Source: Octopus bimaculoides
Taxonomy: Eukaryota
DNA length: 64,000 bases
Assembly (NCBI RefSeq): GCF_001194135.2
Contig: NC_068981.1
Coordinates: 20,407,580-20,471,579, forward strand
Direction: 5' to 3'
Shown: piece by piece, positions 1 through 12,285 of the stretch
Position numbering within the stretch: the first letter of the stretch is position 1
How the letters are laid out: each line of letters begins with the position of its first letter
The notes under the pieces: generated by a model
The model's database searches: none
What the model was told of the DNA's origin: nothing
Seen by the model: the letters and a program-made list of their open reading frames with translations, nothing else
Program-made: the position numbers and the translations under genes

Positions 1-388
1 ATGATGCTATATCCCCTTCTATTTCGTTAAATGCTTCAAGTAACTTGTCTCTAAGTCTCTGTCCATTTGCAGGGTCTTTAAGCTTCCACACCCTTCTCCT
101 CCAAGCCGGTCTAATTCTGGGCACCCATTTTGCCTTGATCCCAAAGTCGCTAACTATTAATCTATGTTGTGGGGTACATTCTTCGCCAGGGTAGGTTTTG
201 GCATTTATAAGCCGCCCTCTTTCCCTATTTCTGACGAGGATGTAGTTGATTTGGCTAGAGTATCTGCCGGAGCGGTAGGTGACTAGGTGACTGGCAGGTT
301 TCCTGAAGTTGGTATTGCAGACCATAAGATCGGTTGCGTCACAGAACTCCAGCAGTCTGGTTCCCTCCTCGTTGCGGGAACCGAAGTA
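1..388 (-). mobile_element. RTE-clade LINE fragment, AP endonuclease C-terminal part (cut by window edge)
   Basis: Minus frame open for about 129 codons: YFGSRNEEGTRLLEFCDATDLMVCNTNFRKPASHLVTYRSGRYSSQINYILVR...EECTPQHRLIVSDF...RRVWKLKD. Confidence 0.85.
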
Positions 389-1187
389 TAACTGATTATT
401 GTCACTTGATGGATTTATGATGTCATGTTTGTTGTAATGGCTTGTGTTATTGTTGTAATCATAACTCTCAAACTGATATTATTGTTATAATATCTGTTAT
501 ATCCTTTCTGATATCATCATTGGTCATGCACAAGACAGCAAGTTTGCAGAATTTTTAGCTCATCAGACAAAATGCAAAGCAGTATTTCTTCCAGCTCTTT
601 ACAGTCTCGGGTCAAACTTTACTTTCATCTTTACTGGGTTAGTAAAATACATATCAGTCAAGTCAATGATAATGACTAACTCATCCCCGCAAAATTTCTG
701 GCATGGTACCAAAACTAGAAAGAATTATTAGTCACAATACATTAATCATGCCTTATTCAGTTATCATTCTGATCAAACTCACTCCCTATTGCTTGTCTAC
801 ATTCCTTTTTAAATTATTTCTAATTTAAATTCTTGGGTAATCTCCCTTGCCTTTCTTGACCAGAATTAATTTTTACAATAATGACTTTTCATCTCGCTGT
901 TGGTGTAATTTTATTTAAATGGAATTTCTTGTCGCCATAGATTATATAAGCTCCCGCTTTACTAGATGTCCTTATAGTCAGGTCTGTCATCTTAAAATTG
1001 ACCTTTCAACATGTGGTCATTCTTCTTCTGAGGAGGAACAATGACCTTGACTTTTCCTTGCTCTTGTTCCACATTGATAAGCTTGATGCTTAACTGGTAT
1101 TGTAAAAAAAAACAGCATCAACTTGTGAGAAATGTTCTACTTAACATAGTTACCAAAATGTTATTTTTCTTTCTATTCTTTCTCCAG

Positions 1188-1368
1188 CTTCCTCGTGGAA
1201 TTACTCAACAAGATGATACTTTATATTACACTGATTGGTCAACAGAAGAGGATACAGAAGGCTTCATATTCCAGTATAACTTAAAGAAGTCCACTCTCAA
1301 TAAAAGCCCTCTAATTACAGGAATTAAACCCACAGGACTTCATTATTCCCATCGACAAATTTCTTCAG
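1188..1368 (+). CDS. Exon A: last blades of a YWTD beta-propeller
   Basis: Acceptor tctccag|, donor TCAG|gtaact, phase 0->1. LPRGITQQDDTLYYTDWSTEEDTEGFIFQYNLKKSTLNKSPLITGIKPTGLHYSHRQISS contains YYTDW and PTGL propeller motifs. Confidence 0.9.
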
Positions 1369-1502
1369 GTAACTCTTACTATCTTTTTTGCACCTTTTCA
1401 TTATAGTTACCTTCTGTCTGTTCTTCTAACACACACACACACACGGTTACTCAACCTGCAACACATATCAACTAAATCTGTATTATATACTCATACATAA
1501 GT

Positions 1503-1640
1503 GCAGACATTGCTGTAAAGTTAGGAAGTTTGCTTCCCAACTACTTGATTTCAGATTCAGTCCTATGACAAGTGTCTTCTGTTATACACTAAAGCCTTGT
1601 GAGTGGATCTGATGGACAGAAACTGAAAGAAGCCTGTTAT
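1503..1640 (+). mobile_element. Degenerate tRNA-derived SINE (AAGCCTTGTGAGTGGA...GAAACTGAAAGAAGCC family)
   Basis: Shares its body with copies at 24412-24995, 12490-12700 (minus) and 33065-33150. Confidence 0.6.
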
Positions 1641-1641
1641 T

Positions 1642-1703
<62 letters not shown>

Positions 1704-2048
1704 CTTTCCATTTTTCACCACCTGATGTAGCTCTGTACCTCGTGTACTACAAGACACCTATATCTGTCCCTCAGTACTACTCCTTCCTCAGTTGAGAGGT
1801 CTTGTCTTGCAAGTTACTTGGTGACCTCACTGCCACTGGTGTCACATAAAAGTACCCTGTACATTCTGTAAAGTGATAGGCATCAGTAAGCGCATCCAAT
1901 CATAGAAGCCATACAAAAGCAGCCTTCTGACTTGCCAGTTCCTGTTGAATCAAGCGACCCATGACATTATGGAAAATAGATATTAAACAATGAGGATGAT
2001 TATATATATATGTATATATGTATGTGTGTGTGTATATGTGTGTGCATA

Positions 2049-2929
2049 CTGGGTGCAATTGGTAAATTGTCGCCATTTTATATTTTTAATTTCACAGATG
2101 TGCATTGTTTGTTTTTGTTTTTGTTTTTGTTGGCTACGGTACAGTAGAATCAGTCGGGTACCATCTGTGAGAAAAACAGCACCATGATGCAATTCACCCT
2201 ACCAGAAATTTGGAAATGACATGCTGTACTGTTTGGCATTCGTGCCGGAAGCTCCAATACAAACTTTGCAGAGTGTTTGGGTTTCAATTTGAGGAGAGAT
2301 TGTCTCCAAAACATATACCAAGAGTAATAAAAATCAAACCTCATGATGTTTAGAGTGATCACTAGTGATGGCAATGTTACGCCTCCATTTATCTTCCTAC
2401 ACAGCCTCAGACACAACACGGAAGCCTACATCAAGTGCTTGGAGGAGGTAGTGCTGCCCTTGGGTCAAGAAGGTGGCTGCTGGAAGACCTTTGTCTGGCA
2501 ACAGGACTCTCTGCACCATGCCACACAAGCTGGAGATCCCAGTCATGGCTGTCAGACAATCTCTGCAACCACATAACCCCTAACATCTGGCTACCTAACT
2601 CCCCAGACTGTAACCCACTTGATTATTATGTGTGGAGCACAATTGAGCAAGAGACCCTCAAAACTCCTTGTAACACCAAATATGAACTGAAGGCAAGGAT
2701 TATGGTAGCATTCACCAATTTAAACAAGGAAACCATCTAGATGAGTTGCAGGAGATTCCAAAGTCTTCTGGAGGCCGTGGTTGAAGCCAATGGTGATTTT
2801 ACTGAATAAATTTACTCTTTAGTATTTCAAGATATTTTTATGTAATTTTGGTAAATATATCTGTTAAAATGACATGTCAGTGTTATTTTCATTTTTGCGT
2901 AATTTAGACAATATATTCACCACATCCTG
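2049..2929 (+). mobile_element. Deleted Tc1/mariner-superfamily element (maT/rosa-like), copy 1
   Basis: TA-flanked degenerate TIRs (ctgggtgcaattggtaaattgtc ... gacaatatattcaccacatcctg). Broken transposase frames include WQQDS and WLPNSPDCNPLDYYVWSTIE. Confidence 0.85.
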
Positions 2930-2955
2930 TATTTGTGTGTGTATGTGTATATATG

Positions 2956-2989
<34 letters not shown>

Positions 2990-3077
2990 ATATATGTGTG
3001 TGTATATATATATATATACATGTGTGTGCGTATATATATATATGTGTGTGTGTGTGAGAATGGATGCATGTATATAT

Positions 3078-3420
3078 GGCACATGGCTCGGTGATTTGAG
3101 CATCAGCTCACAATTATGAGATAGTGAGTTCAATTCCCGGACTGAGCTGTGTGTTGTGTTCTTGAGCAAGACACTTTATTTCACTTTGTTCCAGTTCACA
3201 CAGCTGTAGAAATGAGTTGTAACATCACTGGTGCCAAACTGTATTGGCCTTTGCCTTTCCCTTGGTTAACATTGGTGACATGGAGAGGGGAAGTTGGTAT
3301 GCATTGCGACTGCTGGTCTTCCATAAAAACAACCTTGCCCAGACTTGTGCCTCAGAGGAAAACTTTCTAGGTGCAATTTCATGGTCATTCATGATTGAAA
3401 GAGATCTTTACTTTACTACA
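3078..3420 (+). mobile_element. tRNA-derived SINE with CORE-like central domain
   Basis: A/B-box-like head (ggctcggtgatt...gagttcaattcc), then ttgagcaagacactttatttcac...cagctgtagaaatgagt. A related head and centre occur at about 53680-53760. Confidence 0.6.
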
Positions 3421-3887
3421 TATGTGTGTGTGTGTGAAATTGTTTTTCACTATTGTTTGCTTTCTTCTAAACTTTTTCCCTCTTCCAACCACCTATCTTT
3501 CTGAAGAAGAGCTTAAGCTTGAAATATTAAATACACTTACACTTTCTTAATCTTTCATTAAATATTAAACTAATAATTACACTTTGTTTTCATTTTGTCT
3601 TTTATGTTGTTATTTTCATCATAAATTTTGAATATAGACATACACACACACACACACACAGTCACTGGTTTCCTTCTAATATGGCCAGATGTTTCAACTA
3701 TCTGTTGCAAGAAAACAGCTAGTCAAATATACTTCCTCTGTAACATTGAAGTTTTTCTCTATCATGGATTATTACAATTACTTTCTTGAATTTCTTTTTC
3801 TCTCTTAAATATCACTTTCTATCTCTATCTATCTGTATATATATATGTGCATGTATGATGTTTACTAATATACATTTGATATTTCAG

Positions 3888-4028
3888 AGCCTGATGCAAC
3901 ATGTGATAATGCCGCCTGTTCTGATGAATGTATTCGTACTCCTGCTGACTATTCTTCTGAACGATTCCATTGCTCATGCCCAGATACATACAACCTGATA
4001 TTATCGTCAGATAAGGCCATTTGTAAAG
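3888..4028 (+). CDS. Exon B: EGF-like module following the propeller
   Basis: atttcag| ... AAAG|gtaatt, phase 1-1. EPDATCDNAACSDECIRTPADYSSERFHCSCPDTYNLILSSDKAICK has 6 Cys with LDLR/LRP EGF spacing. Confidence 0.92.
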
Positions 4029-5842
4029 GTAATTATACTTCTTTACTTCAAACATTAAAATTAACCAGTCATCACTTTATGCAAAGTTTTTTTGGTTTTT
4101 TTTAAAGCTTTTTTTAAGATATAATTAGTTTCTCAAATTAAATTACAATTTGCTGCCAACATTTGCTAGATTCTATTAATATCTTGTCTGAGAAAATTTT
4201 AAGAAAACATTTAAAACTGAGGAATGTATCATTCATTTATCTAATTTGATCAAATCTGAAAGTACCTCATTATGATGAAAGCATTAACCATTCCTAAGTA
4301 GTTGTTGTTACATGTTGATTCTGACTAAACAGACCTATACTGGAAGTTATTCCAGTCATGGCTATTTCGTCTGTGGGTGTAAGATGGTAGGATGTGATTT
4401 GAGGGAAATTTGGTTGCTGTTTTTATCAGGTCAAGGAACCATATAGAAGCTCCATTGCTAGTTAATTTTCTTCGGACACATCTTTATGCTTGCTGTTATT
4501 GTTGTTGTTAATTAGCATGAATCATCTCTGCTTGAGAAAAGCTATAATAGACTTGTAGCACAAAAGCTGTGAATATAATGAAGCTGTAACACAGTAAGGG
4601 AGAGCTATAACATTATACTTGCTAGTATAGAGGAGCTGTAGTACAACAGCTACCAGAATAATGGAACTATAATACAATAGGGGCCAAAGAATTTCCAGAG
4701 TCTATTGCAAAGCAGGAGAGGATACCCTCTAATGTAAGACTTAAGCATGGCCATATAGAAATTCTTCAATTATCTTGTAAGATGCTGGTTAATCACACTT
4801 TTATCCCATAAACATTGATCTGTAGATGTTGAGGTTGGACATCAACCATATCAACCGTACCAGTATAGGAGTAATGGCCTGCAAAGGTCATGTGCAGTAC
4901 CCCTTCTTCTTTGACTGATTCATTAAAAGAAACATTGAAAGAATAGGGAAACTAGCCTTGATATTTTATCAGGTGTAACATGCAAGAGAGAGATGGGAAC
5001 CAACATAGACATGTGATGCATATGGTAGTTGGATAACAAAATACCAAGTGATCTAAGAGGGAGGAATTTGCAGAAGAAGAAGACATGAAGCCATAGAAAG
5101 AAGTGGTAAAGTCTGATCTCCATAGAAAGAAGTGGTAAAGTCAGATCTCCCAAAGGAGATGACAAATAACTGCAACATGTTGCAAGATGTTGTCGTAAAG
5201 AAGATCTATCCAATGTATGATTTCATAGAAAATGAACATCAAGTGATTATGATTAGTCTTACATTATCTGAAGTTTTGATGTTAGAGAATGAGGAGATAA
5301 ATTGAATTCTGTCATAGATGTAACTACATATCTCTGGTATAGAAAATTAAATGTTTCATCCTTTTAAAAACAAAACTGTTCTATTCATATATATGAGTGT
5401 TATGTAGATTAAAGTTTATTTTTGAGATAATATTAATGTGATAGCTTCCCCACTAAACTAGTCTAATCTAAAGCCAACAAAGGAACTTCTGTATTGTCAC
5501 TTGACTTTCTAGAAATAGCAGGTAAATGTCCTACAGACAGTAAATAGGTCTTCTCAATTAGAACTTACACTGGGCTATGCAACAACTGGTCTCAACTAGT
5601 AGGGCTAATTATTTAACGATCATACAATTATATTTATCAATTCATCAATATAATAATTTAATGTCTGCTTGCTCTTCTATCAATATTGTGATGCTTTCTG
5701 TTTCTTCCCTCAGACAGTCAAATATCTCAATTATAGATTCTTTTGTGCATGTGTGTCTCGCTCACATCAAACTATCGACTTAATGCCTCAATTCAATGGA
5801 TTGCAGTTTTAATGTCCATTCTCATTAACATTTTAATTTCAG

Positions 5843-6020
5843 AACCAGAAAATTTCTTAATAGTAGCAGATCTAAATACACTTAAGCTAAAGGCCCTTGA
5901 TGACCATCTTGATTCCAAGGTTCATATACTTCACTATGGCCATGCAGACAGCAGCTATGTTGCATTGGTTTACAATGATTTAGATAAAACCCTGTTTTGG
6001 AGTGATCTTCATGAAGGACA
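5843..6020 (+). CDS. Exon C: start of second YWTD propeller
   Basis: tttcag| ... GACA|gtaagt, phase 1->2. EPENFLIVADLNTLKLKALDDHLDSKVHILHYGHADSSYVALVYNDLDKTLFWSDLHEG contains PENFLIVA and LFWSD motifs. Confidence 0.92.
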
Positions 6021-6675
6021 GTAAGTGTTAAGCTTTTCATTTCATTTTATACTACTTCATTTCTTTCTCGATAATAACTTTCACCTTAAATCATACGCAA
6101 ATATTACACATCTATACTACCTCTATAGATATATTCACCCAGATACCATATCTAACTATATTTCCCCTATATATCATTTATATATATATATCATTTATAC
6201 ATATCATTTATACATGGAAATGCTATTAGAGAGGTTGTCAAACGAAGAAAATTGATAGGAAAGTAAGGGACCAAAATAATCAGCTATTGAAATTACCAAG
6301 CAGACCAAAATGATCAGCTATTGAAATTACCATCAATGTAGTCAAAATGGCCAGGAAGGATATGAAAGCAAGGAAAGCAATAGGATCACAAGGGACAGTC
6401 ACTGAGATGCTAAAAATATCTTGTGAAGTAAAACATGCACAAGTTGTCCGCTCTGTCAGTCAGGTAGTACTTAGAACAGGTCATCATCAACGTCTGGCAT
6501 ATGATCAGCTGAAAAAGAGGCAAAGGAGTTGTTTGAGAAAGAAGTAACTAAAGCTGCATCAAACAGATGGACCGAGCTATCGAAGTAACAGAAAGAATAA
6601 CGCTACTATTGAGGAAGAAAATTAGCTTAGCTAACATACAGATGTGGTTTCTATCAAGACAGAGTACCTTTAGAA

Positions 6676-6711
6676 TGTGTTGACTTGGAGAAGGTCTTTA
6701 ACAGAGTGCCA
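6676..6711 (+). mobile_element. Highly decayed RTE reverse transcriptase remnant
   Basis: CVDLEKVFNRVP resembles the RTE RT motif FVDLEKAFDRVP. The surrounding frames are broken. Confidence 0.4.
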
Positions 6712-7051
6712 TATTCTATAGTCTAGTGCTAATGGCCTAGTTCTTGTCAGTGGATCAATGGAAGAATTAAAGAAGGAAAATTTAAACAAGGAAACAAGAC
6801 CTAGAATTAAGAGGCCTCAAAATAAATCTAGCAAAGACATGTTTTAGTTATCAAAGAAAAAGATAGGATTGTTGTACCATCTGAGAAGTGATCATACTTG
6901 ATGTACAGAAAAAGTGTAATAAAAATGTGTATTCCATGTAAAGTATGGCTGCACAACAGTTGCAGGGAGCTCAGACAGGCTGAGGCAGAAGGTTTTCATA
7001 TGTAACAGATGTACAGTGGTAAGAGCAGCACCTAAGAAATATATTCTTTCA

Positions 7052-7293
7052 GGAGCGGTGAGCTGGTAGAATTGTTAGCACACTGGGTGAAATGCTTAGC
7101 TGTATTTCATCTGGCGTTACGTACTGAGTTCAAATTCCACTGAGGTCGACTTTGCTTTCACCCTTTCGGGGTCAATTAAATAAGTACCAGTTATGCACTG
7201 CGGTCGGTGTAATCAACTTAATCCCTTTGTATATCCTTGTTTGTCCACTCTATGCTTAGCCCCATGTGGGCAATAAAGAAATATATTCTTTCA
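7052..7293 (+). mobile_element. Near full-length tRNA-derived SINE (GCCTTTCATCCTTTCGGGGTCGATAAA family) with 18-bp TSD
   Basis: A box gagctggtagaattgttag, B box gttcaaattcc, tail caataaagaaata. Direct repeat aagaaatatattctttca at 7034-7051 and 7276-7293. Many degenerate copies lie near 9.9-10.3, 17.9, 20.1, 22.2-22.7, 35.9 and 48.1-48.6 kb. Confidence 0.85.
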
Positions 7294-8343
7294 AGTGTTT
7301 GGAGGCCTCTCCTGTAGTTGACAGCTTTTGTTATTGAGGTGAACCCAATAACCAGTGAGTATTCCAAAAACCTAGTAATCTGAGTCAGGTTGGAGTACAA
7401 GAAATTCATGTTGTTACTTTGCTTGCAACAAATTAATTCTTTCTCTAAGTGAAGAGTAGAGTATATTTTGCTTGAATATGAAGTGTAGTATTGCATAGTA
7501 GTGCAACATAGGCATAGAATGAGGAAGATATGCATTGGCTGGAAAGAAACAAGACAAGTGTGCACCACTAGCAGAAGACAAAAAAGGCTGAAAGGAAAAC
7601 TCAGTGTAAAAGTAATCAAATATATTATTCAAGAGTGAAAAAGACTGTGATGGCACAGACATATGATGCATATAGAGGATGACAGTTCAGGAGAGAAGTA
7701 CCAACTGATCCAAGCAGAAGGAAAAGGAGGAGGAGGAGGAGGAGGAGGAGAACTAAGGAAGACATATAAAGAAGTAATAAAAGATGGTCTCAGGAGATTG
7801 AATTCTACAAAAGAAATGACAAAGGACTGCCACACATGATGAGGTGTTGTATTATAGAAGACCTGTCCAACCTTTGCATGGATGAAAAAACACAAACAAA
7901 ATGGTGGTAGTAGTGGTAGTAGTGGTGGTGGTGGTGGTGGTGGTGCTGCTGCTGCTGTTGCTGCTGTTGCTGGTAGTGGCAGTGACAGCCATTGACATCT
8001 TCATCATCCTGCCATAAATAGATGTATTTCACCTATATGCCATCTAAAGAAAAAAAAAATATGTATTTCATATTGAATTTTACAAATACCTAAATTGTTG
8101 ACTTTCTTTCATATTCCTTCTGTATTTCAAATAATTTTATCAGCAATTTCTCCTTATCTCCATGGAGAAATATCAAAATAACACTGACGATTGTATTAAA
8201 TATAATTATTCTTATTTAATAAACTTTTACCTACATAGAAAACAAGTACATACAGACACTGCTGTTACTTTTAATAGTAGTGTTACTGGTATTATTGAGT
8301 GAGAGAGCAACACATGCCATCAAAGTGACACTGGGGTACAAAT

Positions 8344-8402
<59 letters not shown>

Positions 8403-8428
8403 GTTATTATTATTTTTTATCATTATCA

Positions 8429-8461
<33 letters not shown>

Positions 8462-8466
8462 GTAGC

Positions 8467-8500
<34 letters not shown>

Positions 8501-8796
8501 TTGATGATGATGTTTTTATAATTATTATTATTATTAATATTATTGTTATTATTACAGTAGCAAAGTGGCAGAAACAGTAGAATAACTGAAAAATTAACTA
8601 CCTTGCAGTATTTAGTTATGACCTATTAGATTATAAGTTCAAATCCTGTCATAGCCAACTTTGCTTTTCCTCTTTCCAGGGGTTGATGAAAGAGTAGCAA
8701 TCAAGCACTAGGGTCAATTTAATTGACTGCACTCTCCCCCACAAGTTTTAACATTGTACCTATGTTAGAAACAATTATTGAATAATAATAATAAAG

Positions 8797-9141
8797 CACC
8801 ATCCAAACATGGCCAATGCCAATACCCCTTGACTGGCTCCCATGCCGGTGGCATGTAAAAGACACTCTCCGAACATGATCGATGCCAGTATCAGTGGTAT
8901 GTAAAAAGCACCATCCGAACGTGGCTGATGCCAGTACCCTCTGACTGGCTCCTGTGCCAGTGGCACCTAAAAAGCACCCACTACACTCTCGGAGTGGTTG
9001 GTGTTAGGAAGGGCATCCAGCTGTAGAAACTTTGCCAGATCAGATTGGAACCTGGTGCAGCCATCTGGCTCTCCAGACCTCAGTCAAACCGTCCAACCCA
9101 TACCAGCATGGAAAACGGACATTAAACGATGATGATGATGA
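8797..9141 (+). mobile_element. (GAT)n-tailed retroelement 3' end (RTE-related SINE or LINE tail)
   Basis: Ends gtccaacccataccagcatggaaaacggacattaaacgatgatgatgatg. Homologous copies occur at 9528-9843(-), 43477-43715(-), 46756-47043(+) and about 51985-52135(-). Confidence 0.75.
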
Positions 9142-9527
9142 ATAACTCCTTTTACTACATATGCACAAGGTATGAGAATTTGGGGGAGGGGGCTAGTCAA
9201 TTATATCGACCCCTGTGCTTGACTGGTACTTATTTCATTTACCCCAAAAGAATGAAAGATACAGTTGACCTCAGTAGAATTTGAACTTGGAACATAAAGA
9301 ACTGAAACAAGTGCCACTAAGCATTTTGTCTGATACTTTAACAATTCTGCCAGCTTCCCACTATAATACTAATAATAATGAGCATAGTGGATTGGTAGAA
9401 TTGTCAAAGTATCTGACAAAAGTTTATGCAGTATTAGTAATGGCTTTTTACATTTTGTGTTCAAATTCTGCTGTGGTCATTTTTTTACTTTTATTATTTT
9501 GTGGCTAATAAAATAAGTATCATTCAA

Positions 9528-9843
9528 ATCATCATCATCATCATCATTTAACGTCCGCTTTCCATGCTGGCATGGGTTGGACGATTTAACTGGGGACTGA
9601 CGAACCAGATAGCTACATCAGACTCCAGTCTGATCTCGCAGAGTTTCTACAGCTGGATGCCCTTCCTAACGCCAACCACTCTGAGAGTGTAGTGGGTGCT
9701 TTTTACGTGCCACCAACACGCGGGCCAGTCCGGCAGTACTGGCAACGGCCACACTCAAATGGTGTTTTTTACATGCCACCTGCACAGGAGTCAGTCCAAT
9801 GTTTTGTTCACATGCCACCGGCACGAGTGCCAGTAAGGCAAAG
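9528..9843 (-). mobile_element. (GAT)n-tailed retroelement 3' end, inverted copy
   Basis: Reverse complement of the 8797-9141 family: atcatcatc..tttaacgtccgctttccatgctggcatgggttggac. Confidence 0.75.
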
Positions 9844-10398
9844 CTGGAAATCCTTTTGACAGTTCCCTCACCACAAAACTTCTGGCCTTGTGCTTATGTA
9901 AGGAAAACTATTATTATTACAAATCAAAGTACCAAGCAAGCAATGTTGCTTTTCATCCTTTTGAGGTTGATAAAATAAAGTATCAGACAAGTGTTGGGAT
10001 CATATTGACCAAACTCCTCTCCTCAAAACTGCTGGCCTTGTGCCTAAGTCAGATACCATTAAAGGTAGTTAGTGGGCAGAATTGTTAGAGCAATGGACAA
10101 AAATTCATGCAATATTTCTTCCAGTTCTTTACTTTCTGAGTTCAAATCCTGTGAAGATCAACTTTGCCTTTTGTCCTATCAGTGTTTCTTCTAACTCATG
10201 TTCTAAGTTCAAATTCTGCTGGGGCCAACTTTACCTTTCATCCTTCCAGGATGAATAAAATGAAGTACCAGTCAAATACTGGGGTTGATGCAATCAACTT
10301 ACTCCTTCCATCAAAATTGCTGGCCCTCTGCCAAAATTAGAAAGGGTTATCCTTCATCCTGGTGGCAAATAATGACATCATCATCATCATCATCATCA

Positions 10399-10448
<50 letters not shown>

Positions 10449-10882
10449 TATTTATTTATTCACTTAACTTCTAATTTATCTAAGTCACATCTCAGTTCCA
10501 TCCCACAACTCCTTCCTCAACACATGAACTGTTCCAAGTATTGCTGCCAACTGAATACTCCCTATGAAATTTGGTATTTGCAGCTTTTGATGTCAGAATA
10601 TTGCACTTTTTGAGATGGTCCCAAATGTACTGATCACAATAGGTACCACACTTACGTTTGAAGCTTTAAGGATTCTTCTCTCTCCCAATCCTAGGTCTTG
10701 GTTTCCAATTATTAGTATCATCATCGTCGTTATCATCATTGTTATTATTATTGATTTTATTATTGTTGTTTGATGACATCAGATATCATCGTCAGGTTGC
10801 ACTATAATCACTGTATTTTCCGGTTGACTAATATTATTTTCTCTGAGTGCTTAACATGCCTTCTGTAATTAATCTGTTTCAG

Positions 10883-11119
10883 GCAAGCCATCATGTACTC
10901 ACTTTTAGAAAAGACTGAACCGAAGATTTTAGTGAAGGTCAACCACTCCATTGACTGCCTGGCTCTTGATAAAAAGCATCAGAAACTTTACTGGACGGGC
11001 TACAATAATATCACAGGTTTTATTGCTGAAATCAACCTTAAACACACAAACAAGCCTTACAAACAGTTGTTGGTCAACTTGGACTCACCCAGAGCTGTCA
11101 CCATCCATTCTGATAAAAA
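10883..11119 (+). CDS. Exon D: YWTD propeller blades
   Basis: gtttcag| ... AAAA|gtaaat, phase 2-2. QAIMYSLLEKTEPKILVKVNHSIDCLALDKKHQKLYWTGYNNITGFIAEINLKHTNKPYKQLLVNLDSPRAVTIHSDK contains LALD..LYWT and PRAV motifs. Confidence 0.92.
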
Positions 11120-11411
11120 GTAAATTTCAGTTTTTATTTTTCTTTAAACTTTTCTTTTAATGGTGTTCACTCGGACAATGAGATTCAAGTGTGTGATTTC
11201 TGAAAAGTTTTATGCACACATAAAAGCACACTGACATACATACACACACACATCTATATATGTGTATATGTATTTCTTTACATATATGAATATATGTATT
11301 ATTTTTGTGTGTGTGTGTGTGCAATCCATGCCAACATGCAAAGTGGACATTAAACAACGATGATGATGTGTGTGTGTATTTTATATATATGTATACACAC
11401 ATACATACATA

Positions 11412-12285
11412 CAGGGTGCGATGAGTAAATTGTTGCCATTTTATATTTTTAATTTCGCGCATGTGCATTGTTTGTTTTCGATTTTGTCGACTACACAGTA
11501 TAGTAGGGTCAGTTGGGCACCGTCTGTGAGAAAAACAGCCCCAATTTGGAAACGACATGCTGGACTGTTTGGCATTCATGCCGGAAGCTCCAATACAAAC
11601 ATTTCAGAGTGTTTGGGTGTCAATCTGAAGACAGAACATGTACCAAGAGTGATAAAAATCAAACATCCAGTCAACATCACGGTGTTTGGAGTAATCACTA
11701 GTGATAGAGATGTTGTGCCTCCATTCATCTTCTTACATGGCCTCAGACTCAACACGGAGATTTACATCAAGTCTCTGGGTCAAGAGGGTGGCTGCTGGAA
11801 GACCCTGTGTCCAGCAACAAGACTCTGCACCATGCCACATACACAGCAGAACCCAGTCATGACTGCCAGACNNNNNNNNNNATACACAGCAGAACCCAGT
11901 CATGACTGCCAGACAATTTCTGCAACCACACCATCCCTAACATCTGGCCACCTAACTCCCCAGACTGCTACTCCCTTGAGTATTATGTGTGGGGCACAGT
12001 TGAGCGAGAGACCCTCAAAACTCCTTGTAACACCAAAGATGAACTGAGGGCAAGGATTATGGCAGCATTCACCATCTTATACAAGGAGACCATCCAAAAG
12101 ATTTGCAGGAGATTCGAAAGTCATCTGGAGGCTGTGGTTGAAGCCAATGGCAATTTTATTGAATTTACTCTTTAGTATTTCAAGATATTTTTATGTAATT
12201 TTGGTAAATATATCTGTTAAAGTGACATGTCAGTGTTATTTTCATTTTTGCGTAATTTAGACGACAGTTTATTCACTGCACCTTG
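11412..12285 (+). mobile_element. Deleted Tc1/mariner-superfamily element, copy 2
   Basis: TA|cagggtgcgatgagtaaattgttgcc ... gacgacagtttattcactgcaccttg|TA TIRs (about 19/26 complementary). Same transposase remnant as 2049-2929. Confidence 0.87.

Noticed and set aside
5091-6331. Small tandem duplications (29 bp at 5091-5148; about 34 bp at 6269-6331)
   Set aside because: Two-copy slippage events in decayed repeat DNA. Not a CRISPR-like or functional array.
7805-8462. PolyQ/H, polyI and polyY ORFs (also 10285-10613, 23889-24218, 54337-54722 and similar)
   Set aside because: Translations of (CAG)n, (ATT)n, (GA)n and (CA)n microsatellites, with no splice or homology support.
11841-11911. Direct repeat atacacagcagaacccagtcatgactgccagac on both sides of a 10-N gap
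   Set aside because: Typical unmerged contig overlap, so an assembly artefact.
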